A stretch of 64,000 bases of DNA from Candidatus Binatia bacterium (lineage in GTDB: Bacteria; Desulfobacterota; Binatia; Bin18). This document shows positions 1-13,082 of this stretch, piece after piece. A program made the position numbers and the translations under genes. The notes beneath the pieces are model-generated. The model searched no databases. It was not told the DNA's origin and saw only the letters and a program-made list of their open reading frames with translations. Within the stretch, counting starts at the first letter, position 1. Every line of letters starts with the position of its first letter. The stretch spans positions 32,001 through 96,000 of the forward strand of contig CAXXHG010000032.1 of the NCBI GenBank assembly GCA_963666315.2, given 5' to 3'.

Positions 1-572
1 TTATTGAGGCTCTCATACATGCGATCATTCAGCGCGTCGATTTCGGCTCGCAGCTGCGTGGGATAAGAATCGACTGAGGCGTCCCCCATCGCGTCGAAGG
101 CAGAATTGAGCATCCGGATAATATCGCCAGATTCATTGTTGACCATGGTGTTTTGCTCTTTGTCCGACAGGACGGGAACGGTCGGTCGTCCGGTAAAGTG
201 GGGGTCAGCACGCGTACAGAGTTCGTGCACATAGCGGCTGTTGTACAGCGGAACAGGAATAGCGTCGGGATATTCACCAAAGCCATAGCCTTGGTCGGTA
301 AATTCAGGGATAGCAATAGAAACCGAGATCGCGTCCTCAAGTTTTTTGAGTTTGCGATAGAGCAACATCCGACAGGCACACGGACAGTTGAGTGCGATAT
401 ACAGATGATAGCGGCCGGGCTCGGCTTTGAAGCCGCCTGTGCCTGTTGGGCCAGGAGAGCCATCCGGAGTCACCCAATGCCGAAACGTGGATTCCTGGCG
501 AACAAAGCGCCCCTGGCTGCCGGTGCGTTTCTTTATCTGCCAGTCGTCTTGCCATGTGCCGTCTACGAGCAT
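1..572 (-). CDS. yqjG: Glutathionyl-hydroquinone reductase (YqjG-like GST), partial, runs off the left edge; possibly decaying
   Basis: Manual translation (not in the ORF track): MLVDGTWQDDW...FRHWVTPDGSPGPTGTGGFKAEPGRYHLYIALNCPCAC...TVPVLSDKEQNTMVNNESGDIIRMLN...RMYESLN. GGAGG RBS upstream. Canonical CPWA reads CPCA and VPVLWD reads VPVLSD. Confidence 0.85.
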   Translation of the reverse strand, partial: MLVDGTWQDDWQIKKRTGSQGRFVRQESTFRHWVTPDGSPGPTGTGGFKAEPGRYHLYIALNCPCACRMLLYRKLKKLEDAISVSIAIPEFTDQGYGFGEYPDAIPVPLYNSRYVHELCTRADPHFTGRPTVPVLSDKEQNTMVNNESGDIIRMLNSAFDAMGDASVDSYPTQLRAEIDALNDRMYESLN

Positions 573-684
573 GCAATCCTCCTTTACTGCGCCCTGTTAT
601 GCATTGCGATTGCTGTTTCGAGGTCTTTGCAATAGGTGTGTAAATAAAACCAGGCATCAATACTCTCAGGTGACGATTGTCTTT

Positions 685-3600
685 TCAGCTTAACTCCTCC
701 AGCAACGTTTTTGCCTCTTGCAAATCTTTCGTATCGAACCCTTCCGTGAACCAGTCGTAAATGGGGGCGAGCAGGTTGCGGGCTTCAGTTTTCTTGCCCT
801 GCTGTTGCCAGAGGCGGGCCAGGCTCCTCACAGCCCGCAGCTCCAAAGACTTCGCACCCTGCTTGCGAGCAACATTGATGGCTTGATGAAAACATTCCTC
901 CGCTTCCTGGACTCTGGACCCTGGATTGCAGCATGAGCTCGCCCTTGAGTCGAGACAGCTCGGCTGCGTAATAGCGCTCCTCATTTTTGTCCGTTATCGC
1001 CAGCGCCTCGCCCACTATCGTCAGTCCTTCTCCTGCCTGCCCTACTTTCCCAAACGTCTCGGCCAGTAAAGCCAGAAAATACGGCGTACCCACCTCGGCT
1101 CCGGTGGCTCGCCAGCCAGTCAGCCCCTGGCGTATCTGGGCAATCCCCGCCTCTCTCTGTCCCTGCTCGGCCAGCGCCCAGGCCCGCAGCATAGTGCCCC
1201 CCACCAAAAAGAATGGAAACCCCTGGTCGGTACTGAGGGTAAGGGCGGCCTCGGCCTGCTCGTGAGTCATCTGCCCCTCCCGACGGAACTGATGCAACCA
1301 GGCTGCAAAATACAGGGCCAATGCCAGGCTATAGGGGTGAGCCAGCTCTTGGGCCAGGCTGAGCGCCTCCTGGCTCCTTTTCAGGGTCTGGTCCGGATTG
1401 CCCAGAAGCCACAGCGCCACAGCCGCATAGACCCGGCAATCCACCCCGGGGTCGTGCGTGGCCCCGGAGACCTGGGGAGTGTCCCGCTGGGCGTCGTACA
1501 GGGCAATCCCTTGCTCCAGGTGCTCGCGGGCGGTAACCAACTCGCCAAGATAGAACGAGGATTGCCCAACCGCATCGTGGCCGGTCAGGAAGAAAGTAGG
1601 GGATTGCTGGCGGCGAGCCAGCTGAGTAGCTGTTCCGCGACCCCGTACGCCGTCTTGTGTTCCCCGGCCACAAAATACACCAAATGCAGACCCATCAGCA
1701 CCGGGAAGAGCTGGGGGGTTTCCCCCAGCTGCTCACACAGCTCCCGCGCCCGCGCATAGGCCTGACGTGCTTCTGGGGACGCAGGGCCCTTGGTCGCCAT
1801 CAGCGGTGCGCCCAAGGCAATTTGCAATCCCAATTCTTGCTGACTCCGTTCAGGGGAGTCGAGCAAGGTCAGGAGCAGCTCCAGCCCCTGGCGCAGATGA
1901 CTAATCGCTTCCGCACTGGCTGAACGCTGGCTGGCTCGCTGTCCCGCCTGCTGCCAATAGGGAACGGCTTGCTCGGTGAGCCCCGCCTCGGTGTAGTGAT
2001 GGGCTACCAGCTCCGGCTGGGTTTCTGTGGTCTCAGTAAACTGCTGCTCAAAGACCTGGGCAATCTGTTGATGGAGCTGCTGACGGTGGCTCTTGAGCAA
2101 CGACGCATAGGCCGTGTCCTGGATAAGGGCATGCTTAAAGGTATAACGGGTCTGGGGCGGGAGGCCCCGCTGAAAGACCAGTTCGGCGCCCACTAACTGC
2201 TGGAGGCCATGCTGTAACGGCTCTGTGCCGAGCGGGAAGACCGCCTGTAGGAGCGCATAGCTAAACTCGCGCCCAATCGTCGCCCCCAGCTGCGCCACTT
2301 CCTTGACCGCGACCGGCCGGTCCAAACGCGCCATGAGCGAATCTTGCAGCGTGGCCGGAATCGCTAAGGGCGGCAGTGGTCCGGTCAGCTCATAGCGGCC
2401 GTCCACGGCGCGGACGAAGGCGGATTCCACCACCATCTTCGTCAGCTCTTCCACAAACAGCGGTACCCCATCCGTCTTCGTGGCAATCTGCTGCATCACC
2501 TCAGCCGGTAGCGTCTTCCCGCCCGTTATCTCCTCCACCATCGCCCCCACGTCCGTGTGCCCTAAGCGATTGAGGGTGAGCTGGTTCAGGTAGGAATGCG
2601 TGCCCCACGGCGGCGTAAACACCGGAGCCTTCTCGGTCTCCTCCTTCTGTTTCTGAGGACTCACGGTGATGGGCGGGGAATCCAAGGGATGGGGCAGCGA
2701 GAGGAGGGCGGCTAAGAGCGGCACCGTGTCGGCCTGAGGGAAGCGATATTCGGAGAGGATACGCTGGAGTTTCGCCAGCTTTGTCGCAGGCGTATCGTCC
2801 GACGCAAACTCCAGCACCTTCTCAACGTGCTGGATCACCGGGTAGGGCGCGCTATTCTGGTGATAGGGTGAACACCGATACGCGATCCGGATCCCGCCTT
2901 CTTGGACGACTAGCTCTCGCAGTTCCTCGACCAGTCGGGATTTGCCGATGCCCGCCTCCCAACGACGGAGACCGCCTGACCCTCGCCCCCCGTGGCCTGT
3001 TGCCAGCGTTTGCTCAGCAGATTGACTTCTTCTGCCCGGCCCACCAGCGGCGTTAAGCCCGCACGGACCGCCACCTCAAAGTGGCTCTGCTCCGCACTGG
3101 TGCCCAGCACCTGAGACAGCGCCTGCGCGGTGGAGATCCCTTTGAGGTCCTGAGGACCAAGATCTTCGTACCTGAACAGCCCTTCTACCAGGCGATACGT
3201 CGTCAGGCTGATAACGACTCCATCCGGCTCGGCTTTGCCCTGGACACGGGCCGCGATGTTCGGCGTCTCGCCTAACGCTAACTGTTCCCGCCGTCTGCCG
3301 CCCCCATCTCGCCGATGACCACTGGCCCAGTATGAATCCCGATGTGGACCTGGATGGGCTGCGGGAACCGATTGCGGGCCTCGCGTAACGCACTCACAAT
3401 CTCCAGCCCCGCGCGAATGGCGCGAGCCGCATCGTCTTCATGCGCTGCAGGATAGCCAAAATAGACGAGTAAGCCGTCTCCTAGATACTGCGCAATATAG
3501 CCCTCATGGCGCTCAATGACCCGGGCACTCACCTCTTGATAGGTGCGTACGACGGTCTGGAGTTCTTCGGGGTTAAGCTGTTCGGACAATGCGGTGGAGC

Positions 3601-3904
3601 CAACTAGGTCACAGAACATCACCGTCAGCTGGCGGCGTTCGCCTGTGGGCGCTTCCCGTTCGGGTTGAGCTGGCGGCTATTCCGAAGGAGAACGGCTCGG
3701 CGCCTCAGCTTCCCTTCCGCCTGTCCAGACGAGCACCTCGCCGTCTTCATCTACCGCGACTCGCTCGGCTTTGATGAGCTCGTGGTTGATATCCTCTACG
3801 AACTCGTCATCCAGGCCAACGCGGCGCTTTAAGGCCCGATAGCCCAAACGACCACGTTCCTGGAGGATGTCCCGAACCTGGTCTAACACCTCATCAAACG
3901 ACAT
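685..3904 (-). pseudogene. Adenylate/guanylate cyclase - AAA ATPase - TPR protein, fragmented
   Basis: Collinear fragments: MSFDEVLDQV; [24 protein letters not shown] (class III cyclase); LTPLVGR; TDGVPLFVEEL; YTFKHALIQD; [13 protein letters not shown]. Multiple frameshifts, stops and an internal deletion. Confidence 0.9.
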
Positions 3905-3962
3905 GACTGCCCTCTCAGCCTCTGTACTCCTTCGGCTGGCGCGGTTCAAGGCGACCCCCAGG

Positions 3963-5245
3963 TCAGGCGGCCAGGCGCTGGTGGGGACTCACGGGCCGTT
4001 CTCTGCCATCCATATACCGCGCTCCTGCATAGACTGCTGGCACCAACTCGGTTCCTTTGAGTTTGCGAAAGCTGGACTCCGCCACTCGCAGTAATTTCCA
4101 GATGAGGGCCGTGGCATTCTCTACTTTCTTGAACCGCTTAACTGCTGTGGTACGCAGGCGTACTGCCGCAAAGGGAGACTCCACGATATTCGTGGTTCTG
4201 AGATGTACCCAATGCTCCCGGGGGAACTGACAGAAGGTCACCAGCCGTACCCCGGCTTTAGGAAAGAGGTGGTGATAGCGCTGATGAAACTGCTGCTTCA
4301 ACGCTGCACATTCCTGCTGCGTTTCCGCATACGGCATCGCTCGCAGAAGCTGGCTGGCCTCTGGTTGAAACTTCTTGGGAATGGCATCCAAGATGTTGAA
4401 TATCCGATGATTCCAGCAGCGTTGTTCCGCTAGCTGAGGTTATGCTCGCCAAGGGCAGCCCATAAGCCCAAGTGGCCATCAGCAATCGTACACCGCTACG
4501 CTTTCAGCCCCCGCCTGCGCAAATCCCGCAGGGTCATGCCCCAGGACTCTTTGGATTCCCGCACACCGCTCTCTACTGCTAAGATGACCTTCTGCCCATT
4601 CGTAAGCGCCCCAATCGTCACCAAGAGCCCGTCCGCCCAGATGTAGACTACTTCGAGGTCATCGAGGCGCCGGTTGCTCTATATTGCATACTCCTGTTGC
4701 CACTGGGCTTTGAGCCGTACCAGCGAAGCGCGGGATAAGGGTGCCCCGTCGCCCAGCAACCCGCGTAAAGCCAAATCCAAGTCCCCCAAGGCCAGGCCAT
4801 GCAAGTATGACTCGGGTAGCAACGCGCCGACCTCCTTGGTGTGGCGTTTGAACAGCGGCAACACTCGGCTTTAAAACCGCCCGGGCAAGTCCCGGACTCG
4901 GGGCCGCCGGACGGTAATCGTTCCGCTCGTCATACTCAAGCGGCGCGGCTTACCATAGCCATTCCGATACCCTCGGGGGCATCGACGGCTTCGCGCCGAG
5001 CCGACTTGGCTCGCCCTAATAACTCAGTCACCTCTTCTTCTAACAGGGCTTGGATGAACCGTTGGACGTGGTCCCGAACAAACCCCTCCAGGTGGCCCCA
5101 CGTGCTGTTTCCCTTCTGCTCTGAGGTAATATCCTTCTGCGCCATAGCAACTCCTCCTGCCCTCCCCGGACTACGTCCGGTGGGTTAGGTCATCCAAGAG
5201 GATACGCTGCCAGTCGCGCGTTTGCACACTTTTAGTGATTACCTC
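3963..5245 (-). mobile_element. IS256-family insertion sequence remnant with fragmented transposase
   Basis: Fragments QALLEEEVTELLGR, LPESYLHGLALGD and HLRTTNIVESPFAAVRLRT are typical of IS256 transposases. A putative element end lies near 5215-5245; the other end was not found. Confidence 0.85.
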
Positions 5246-5277
5246 GCTGTTTCCCGCCTGTGTCCACGATGGATTTT

Positions 5278-5308
5278 GCAGGCCGGATGAGCGTAGCGTA
5301 ATCCGACA
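5278..5308. repeat. GTAG-family REP-like palindrome
   Basis: gcaggccggatgagcgtagcgtaatccgaca, with a cggat/atccg stem around gagcgtagcgta. Confidence 0.5.
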
Positions 5309-5512
5309 CCAGAGAGCTAGTCGTCCGACAAAAGATAGCGCTTCAGGATAGGCAGAACGTTCGTGAAGCGAATGGATTGACAGGTTTCCTTTCGAGCGTC
5401 ATTCTGAAGCAACTGAAGAATATTGACCCAGACCCCTTGTGAGTACAGTTCCCCCGTTGTCTAGGCCAGTCTCACTCGGAGAACGTCGGGGAACGTGGGA
5501 GGAAGAATACAG

Positions 5513-6370
5513 ATGACAGATTTCCAGGCTGAGCCTCTCGATGCGAGCTTCGGGGCGACTGTGACCGGATTAAAGCTCGTAGAAATTGATGATGCATCCT
5601 TCAGGCGGCTCTACGACACCTGGCTTGAGCACGCGCTGCTCATTTTCCCGGATCAGCATCTATCGAAAGAACAACAGGTTGAATTTGCCAAACGATTTGG
5701 TGAATTAGAGTTTGATCTTGTGGCGATTAGCAACGTGAAAAAAGACGGGAGCATTCGCCTAGAAGACGATTCAGACAACATGATTCAAGTGCTCAAAGGG
5801 AATATGCGCTGGCATTGTGACAGTACGTATATGCCCGTTCAGGCTAAGGGTGCTGTGTTCACCGCACATGTTGTTCCTTCCTCGCGCGGGGAAACCGGTT
5901 GGGCGGATTTACGCGCTGGCTATGATGCTCTTGACGCAGCCACGAAAGAGAAGATTGCAAATCTGTCGGCTTACCATTCCCTTCGTCATTCACAGAAAAA
6001 GGTAGGATTTGCGACTAAAAAAGGTGGTGACTACAATGGCTATGGTTTAGATGTCCACGATCCGCCACTGAGACCTCTCGTGAAAACGCATCCTGAGACA
6101 GGGCGTAAGTCCCTTCTGATTGGCCGCCATGCGTACGGTGTTCCGGGACTGGATCCCGCTGAATCTGAAAAATTACTCCAGTCGCTGCTGGACCATACCT
6201 GCCAGGCGCCATGGGTCCATCACCACAGTTGGACAGCCGGAGACGCGGTTCTTTGGGATAACCGTCGCCTGCTTCACCGCGGCTGCCCGTGGGATATGAC
6301 AGAAGCTCGGGTTATGTACCACGCGAGAATAGCAGGAGACCCGGTGTCTGAATTTGCAGGCACCGCCTAG
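5513..6370 (+). CDS. TauD/TfdA-family Fe(II)/2-oxoglutarate dioxygenase
   Basis: WHCDS (HxD), GETGWAD, HPETGRKSL, WDNRRLLHR; GGAGG RBS; intact. Confidence 0.93.
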   Translation: MTDFQAEPLDASFGATVTGLKLVEIDDASFRRLYDTWLEHALLIFPDQHLSKEQQVEFAKRFGELEFDLVAISNVKKDGSIRLEDDSDNMIQVLKGNMRWHCDSTYMPVQAKGAVFTAHVVPSSRGETGWADLRAGYDALDAATKEKIANLSAYHSLRHSQKKVGFATKKGGDYNGYGLDVHDPPLRPLVKTHPETGRKSLLIGRHAYGVPGLDPAESEKLLQSLLDHTCQAPWVHHHSWTAGDAVLWDNRRLLHRGCPWDMTEARVMYHARIAGDPVSEFAGTA

Positions 6371-6672
6371 CGATGTGATTGAGATACAAGGTAATGTTCT
6401 AAGAATGAGATTTGAAATACATGAGTAATCCCATAAATTCGCTCATTAAGCCACTGACACCATTATTGGTAGCATTTGCTAGGCTGTGTCAGGGAAAGGG
6501 ATTATAAAATATACAATACAAGCACTAATAAGTGCTCCCAGCATTCCGCCTATAATTCCGGATTTAAATGATTCTCTTATATGAGTTGACATAAACAATC
6601 TCCGTTAATATTTGATGTTCCCCGGAGCCTGGCCGAGCAGGTCGCGCTATCGCTCTCGGATTTCCTCGGGAT

Positions 6673-7218
6673 TCATCCCAACACCCGGGTGACCTCCGGC
6701 CATTCCATATACTCGGGCGGCTGAATGTTCTCCTGAACCATCAGCAGGTCGATTTGTCCGAGGTGAAAATTGTGATGACCGAGGACCGTCCACAGCAGCC
6801 CCATCACCGTGTAGTGGCGGCCGACAAAAGACACGCGCTTGTTCAGCTCGGTCTCGGTGAGCTTTTCGAGCGGCGGTTGGCAGCGCGCATACGCTGAACG
6901 GTAGGCGTCGACAAGGGGCTGTCCATCGCCGACACCTTCGAGCAGGGATGACTTCCCGGGTAGTGGGATGGTGTCGCCGTCGCTGGCCGAGCTTAGGCTC
7001 TCGAACCAATGCGGCTCCGCGAGTGTGAGATGCCGGACGAGTCCACCGATGTTAATCTTGTTCACCCGAGTCCCAAGAAACATGACATCGCTGTCGACTG
7101 GAACAGCGGCATACGCCGGCGTGTCCACGCGCTTGAGATATGCGAAGGTCTGCTCCATGAGCTGATCGAACAGGGTGAGAAACCGCTGGAGCTCGGATGG
7201 CATTTGGCTGGTGTTCAT
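6673..7218 (-). CDS. DinB-family protein
   Basis: IGGLVRHLTLAEPHW ... LGHHNFHLGQI His motifs; AGGAG RBS. Confidence 0.8.
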   Translation of the reverse strand: MNTSQMPSELQRFLTLFDQLMEQTFAYLKRVDTPAYAAVPVDSDVMFLGTRVNKINIGGLVRHLTLAEPHWFESLSSASDGDTIPLPGKSSLLEGVGDGQPLVDAYRSAYARCQPPLEKLTETELNKRVSFVGRHYTVMGLLWTVLGHHNFHLGQIDLLMVQENIQPPEYMEWPEVTRVLG

Positions 7219-7319
7219 AGCTAATCTCCTTATGCAGATGAAAAATTAGTGAAGTCTGTTGAGCCTAGCTTCCATCAGGCCATGGTTTAGCCGGTCGGCA
7301 AATCTCGCACGGGCGTCTA

Positions 7320-8666
7320 TCACGCCTGACCCTGGCGACGCTGGCCACCACCGCGCGTGAACACCGCATACAGCACCAGCCCTACGGCAATGGTGGCAAG
7401 ACCGATCAATGGCTCCAAGGGACGGCGCAGAGCAGCTAGGCCGGCGAAGCCGAGGGTACACACAATAAAAACAGCAGGTACGAACGGATAACCAGGCATG
7501 GGTGCTGGACGAGAGATCGGCTGTGGAGTGTGTCGCTGCTCGGTTTGATGTAACACAAACAGGCTGGCGACCGTGGCCGCCGCGCTGATAGACAGTATAA
7601 AACCTAAATACGATGGCAGTTCTTGCAGCTCGGTGAGCCGAATGAGCACGCAGGCCAGGCCCACTTTCAGGGCCATTGCAGCGCGGGGTACGTCACCGTG
7701 CATACGCAGGACGCGCGGTAGTACGCCGTCGTGCGCCATTTGCGCGTACACACGCGGGCCGGTCAACACCATGGCCGAGACCGAACTCAGCAAGGCCAAC
7801 GCTATGATCGTCCGTACCCCGGCCTCCAGCCACGATCCACCCAGGGCCGCAGCCGCGCGCGCGGCAATGTCTTGCTGTCCACTGATGGCTTCAGGGGCCG
7901 GGGCATACAGAAACACCGCGTTGAGGGCAAGATACAACACCATCACCAGCACGGTTGCTGTGAGCATGGCCCGAGGCACACTGGTCGCCGCGTCGCGGAC
8001 CTCACCCGCCACATAGACGGCTGCGTTAAACCCGGAATAACTCAGCGACACCCACATGAGGGCTAAGGCAAATGCGGAAAGAGAGAATGGCGGGACGGGG
8101 GAGGGTGCAACCGGCTGCATGCCCTGCCACGCGCCGCTGGGGAGGGTGGAGGCGGCATAGCCGAGGAAGGCCACAAGCAAGACGAGTTTGAGGACCACCA
8201 CGATGTTGTGGGATGCTGTGCCCGAGTATTTCCGCAGCCCATGCGCCAGGCCACACAGCACGACCAGGGCGATGGCAACACTGTCAGCTGGCAGTCACAC
8301 CGGGCGGATGTTGTCCGGCATGACATAGACTTCAAACGCGGTTGCAGCAAAGGCAATTGCGCCGGTGAAACCAGCCAGTAATGACACCCAGCCGGCGAGA
8401 AACCCGGCCACGGGATGGACTGCGGGTGATAAAAACACATACTCCCCGCCGGACACAGTGATGCGCTGGGCTAATGCGCCGTAACTCAGCGCGCCACACA
8501 CTGCTACCCCGCCACTGATCAACCACGCCGCGAGCACGCGCTGTGGCGTGCCCAAGTTGGCCAGGGCAAAGCCGGACGTGGTGAACACCCCCGCGCCGAT
8601 CATGCTTGCCACGACCAGGCTGATCAGAGTGCCTAGCCCCAGATCGAATTTTTGTACGTTCCCCAC
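7320..8666 (-). pseudogene. APC-family amino acid permease, split by a frameshift near 8290
   Basis: [11 protein letters not shown] and SGGEYVFL in the first ORF; YSGFNAAVYVAGEVRD and PRVYAQMAHDG in the second. Confidence 0.85.
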
Positions 8667-8669
8667 CTT

Positions 8670-9458
8670 CTATTCCGTCGGGGCGCGGGTGAATTCCAGG
8701 AAATATTGGTAGGGTAAAAAATCTACAGACCGCGCCAGTTGCAAACCTGCCTGCTGAAACTCCTGCGTGATCGCTGCCGCAGACAATTTCCACTCGGCAG
8801 GCGGCCCAAAGGGCGCCGGTTTGTCATTGAAATCTACAATGATCACCCGGCCACCGGCTCGCAAGGCAGAGGCGAGCGAGCGTATATAGTCCACGCGGTC
8901 GGGGATATGGTGATAGGTGTCGCAGATGAAGATGACATCTATAGACTGCGGGTCTAATTGCGGATCGGTGGGGTGCACCTGCCGGGCAGTATAATTTTTC
9001 AGGCCACGTTGCTGGGCGTCCGCGTTCATGTATGCGACCATACTGGCTTCGACATCCAGGCCCAGCGCCCTCCCGTCCGCCCCAACGGTCTCGGCGAACC
9101 GACGCGTAAAATAGCCCGTGCCTGCACCGATATCCGCTACCACGTCACCGGGCTGCAACTGCATATGGGCCAGCACTTCGTCCGGTTTCTGCCACGCGTC
9201 TCGCTCCGTGTTTTCAAACATCTCTACGGCTTTGTCGATGTCGTCAAATCGTTGCTTGGTGGCATCGCCATGATGGCCGTGCTGGCGATGCCCCTCTGCA
9301 TGCGCTCCATGTAAATCTGCGGGCGTATGCTGCTCGGCATCCTGATGCGCAGCCCACGCAATGGGAACAGCCAGGCCAACGATCAGAGTAAGCACGAGGG
9401 CAAGCGAACGGAGCCGCGCCTGCGTGTTACGACTGTGTGTCCATCCAACTATGTTCAT
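8670..9458 (-). CDS. Class I SAM-dependent methyltransferase with N-terminal signal peptide and His-rich linker
   Basis: RDAWQKPDEV, VADIGAGTGYF, DTYHHI; hydrophobic N-terminus ending AWA; GGGAGG RBS before the ATG at 9458. Confidence 0.85.
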   Translation of the reverse strand: MNIVGWTHSRNTQARLRSLALVLTLIVGLAVPIAWAAHQDAEQHTPADLHGAHAEGHRQHGHHGDATKQRFDDIDKAVEMFENTERDAWQKPDEVLAHMQLQPGDVVADIGAGTGYFTRRFAETVGADGRALGLDVEASMVAYMNADAQQRGLKNYTARQVHPTDPQLDPQSIDVIFICDTYHHIPDRVDYIRSLASALRAGGRVIIVDFNDKPAPFGPPAEWKLSAAAITQEFQQAGLQLARSVDFLPYQYFLEFTRAPTE

Positions 9459-9618
9459 ATATATCCTCCCAATGGTTTGTTGTGTATGTCCGAATCTTGA
9501 ACATCTCCCGCTTACGCTGGGCTCTATTTGGCTCCACCCACCACACCCACAACGAGGTGGGTGACAACAGTCTGCCACTTCACTCCCGGCAATTGCCGTC
9601 CCACTACAAGCAGGGAGG

Positions 9619-10141
9619 TCACCCCGTGCAGCGTGCAGCGCAGCGCTTGCAGGACGACTTTTGAGATCGAGCCCCTGGGGCCATACGTCCGGATTCTTGT
9701 ATGACGCGGGCGGAGCCGTGTCCAACATGCGCTTGGCCTTCCACGTGCTGCTTGAGCTTGGCGGCCTGCCGAGAGAGAGCGGGTGGCGGCGTTAGCAAAA
9801 AAATGGCTTCATACGCGTGAGGATTTTCAAGACCAAATGTGACATAGGCCAGGGCCACAGCATCCAACCGGCGGCCTGGGTCAAGCTCCTGAGCGGCAGT
9901 CGTCTCTAGCTGATCAGCCAACCGTCCGAGGTCTCCCTCGATTAACTCGGATAACAAGTCGTCCTTATCGGAAAAAGTGGAGGTATATCGTCCGAGGCGT
10001 ATACCCGATCTTCTCAGCAAGACCCCGCATGGTCACCCCAGCGAGGCCGCTCTGTACAAACAGTTCCCGGGTGGCTGCAAGAATAGCCTGCCGGACGTTT
10101 TTGCGGGCTTGCTCACGCAAGCGAGTTTTCACCTGTGGCAT
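9619..10141 (-). pseudogene. TetR/AcrR-family regulator, frameshifted
   Basis: MPQVKTRLREQARKNVRQAILAATRELF...VTMRGLAEKIGYTPRTIYLHF, then a +1 shift in an A5 run near 9972-9976 into SDKDDLLSEL...AYVTFGLENPHAYEAIF. The 3' end is approximate. Confidence 0.85.
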
Positions 10142-10649
10142 AAGAACCTCAGTCGTAGATATACATCATTACGTAAAATATACGATGTTTACCAATAACG
10201 TCAAGAAGGTGTAAATCTACACGATTCACTAGCCTCAGCCCACCGGCTACGGGCCGTACGCTGCCACGTTCGCACCATACGAGGCGGCCGGACGCGCGGC
10301 TGTGATCAGTTGAGGCTGTGGTGAGTTGACGTGGGTATCTGGCCGGAGGAAGCGCTTTCCTGGTGCATGGCGGCTGGCCCTCCCGCAACGGGTGGCGCTG
10401 CCACCGAAGGGTCGTCTCCGAAAACAGACTCTTTAATCGAGTCTCACCATTTTCTAGAGAGGGGAGAAGGGTTGCATCGGGCGTTTTGAGAACAGACACC
10501 ACCTTACATCTTCTCCATCACATTCCGGGCAAAATCTTCAATCACACCGTACTGCGTCTCAAACAACGGCAGCAGCAATCAAATGCTTGAGCCCCGCCTG
10601 CTCCAGTTGGGCGGACTTGCTCAATAATCTCTTTCCGGCGTCCCAACCA

Positions 10650-11507
10650 AACAGGTGATTCGATCAATCAAGACAGGATCGACATCTCCGTCCTCTTTCC
10701 GACGCTGGGACTGATCTGGGAGCCTGGGGATCACGAATATTGAGCTGTCGTCCGCATACTGCCGGGCGTATAACAACTGGATCGTGGACTTTTGTTCTGC
10801 CGACCCCAAGCGGCTGGTACCCGTCGCTCATATTGTCCTTTTGGACATCGATGAAACCATTAAAGAGGTTGCAGCGAGTGAGCAAACTGGGCATTCAAGG
10901 GCGTGTTCGTGTGCGCAGCGCCGGCCAATAAACGCGCGTTCTGGGACCGAGCCTTATGATCCGCTGTGGGCTGTGCTGCAGGATGATGATTTATCTATCG
11001 GGTTTCACACCGCCGTCCACGAGGACTTTCTCGGTCATCAGTGGATCTCCGCAGAACATACCGACTTCATGGATGAGTCGTTTGTCTACTTTCAGTGCGT
11101 GCCGCTTGTCGCCAATGTGCAGGCCGCCTTTGCCGTACTGTTGCAGGGAGCTGTCTTTGATCACTTTCCCAAACTTAAAGTGAATTTCTTGGAGGTGGGG
11201 TGCCGGCTGGATTCCGCACGCGCTGAACCGGTGGGACTCAAAATATAAGAAGACCGGCCTGAAACATTTACCGAGTGACTACTTCGCTCAACAATGTTGG
11301 ATTTCCTTTGACCCAGATGAGACTACGATCCCATATATGGCCGAGCGGTACGGCGCAGAACGCCTTATCTGGGCATCAGACTTTCCACACTGGGACGGCA
11401 GCCTGGACGCATTAAGAGAGACGAAAGAGGCCATCGCGCCTTTATCCCCACACGAGCAACAGTGTATCCTGGGTGACAATGTTGCCCGGATTTATAATTT
11501 ATCTTGA
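10650..11507 (+). pseudogene. Amidohydrolase-2 family remnant
   Basis: IDISVLFPTLGLIWE, RAYNNWIVDFC, FDHFPKLKVNFLEVG, IWASDFPHWD; N-terminus missing; several frameshifts. Confidence 0.8.
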
Positions 11508-11524
11508 ATAAAGAGGACAGCGCG

Positions 11525-11919
11525 ATGTTTGATCTTGAGCAATTTGTTGAGGACTGTAAGGGCAAACGCGCCTCTGCGGTGAAGGAAGTGCTGGAGGACG
11601 CGCTACGCGACCCGGAGAGTGTCTAGCAGGCCTTTGATGCCGTTGCACCTGGCAAGGAGGTCGGGCAAGGCAATATCGCAGATATGGCCCTGTACAAGTC
11701 ATCGGAACTGACGATCCTCAAAGCCGCGGTGCTGGCCGGGTTCAAGAGTCCACCGCATGATCACCGCATGTGGGTGGTGATCGGCGTCTACGAGGGGCAG
11801 GAGAACAATACCTTCTATCGGCGCAGTGGCAAAAGTCTCGAACGGGCCGGCGGGAAAGACCTCAAAACGGGGGGTGTGATGGTACTGGGAGAGGATGCCA
11901 TCCATGCTATTGAGAATCC

Positions 11920-11920
<1 letters not shown>
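11525..11920 (+). pseudogene. Cysteine-dioxygenase-like cupin remnant
   Basis: MFDLEQFVEDC...(TAG)...SPPHDHRMWVVIGVYEGQENN...DAIHAIENP, truncated where it meets the opposing BVMO remnant. Confidence 0.75.

Positions 11921-13082
<1,162 letters not shown>

Noticed and set aside
6371-6640. AT-rich intergenic stretch with TTGACA and TATAAT hexamers
   Set aside because: The hexamers are not in promoter order or spacing, and no downstream gene or RNA structure is supported.
8670-9728. 352-aa extended methyltransferase
   Set aside because: The upstream part overlaps the TetR remnant. The RBS supports the ATG at 9458.
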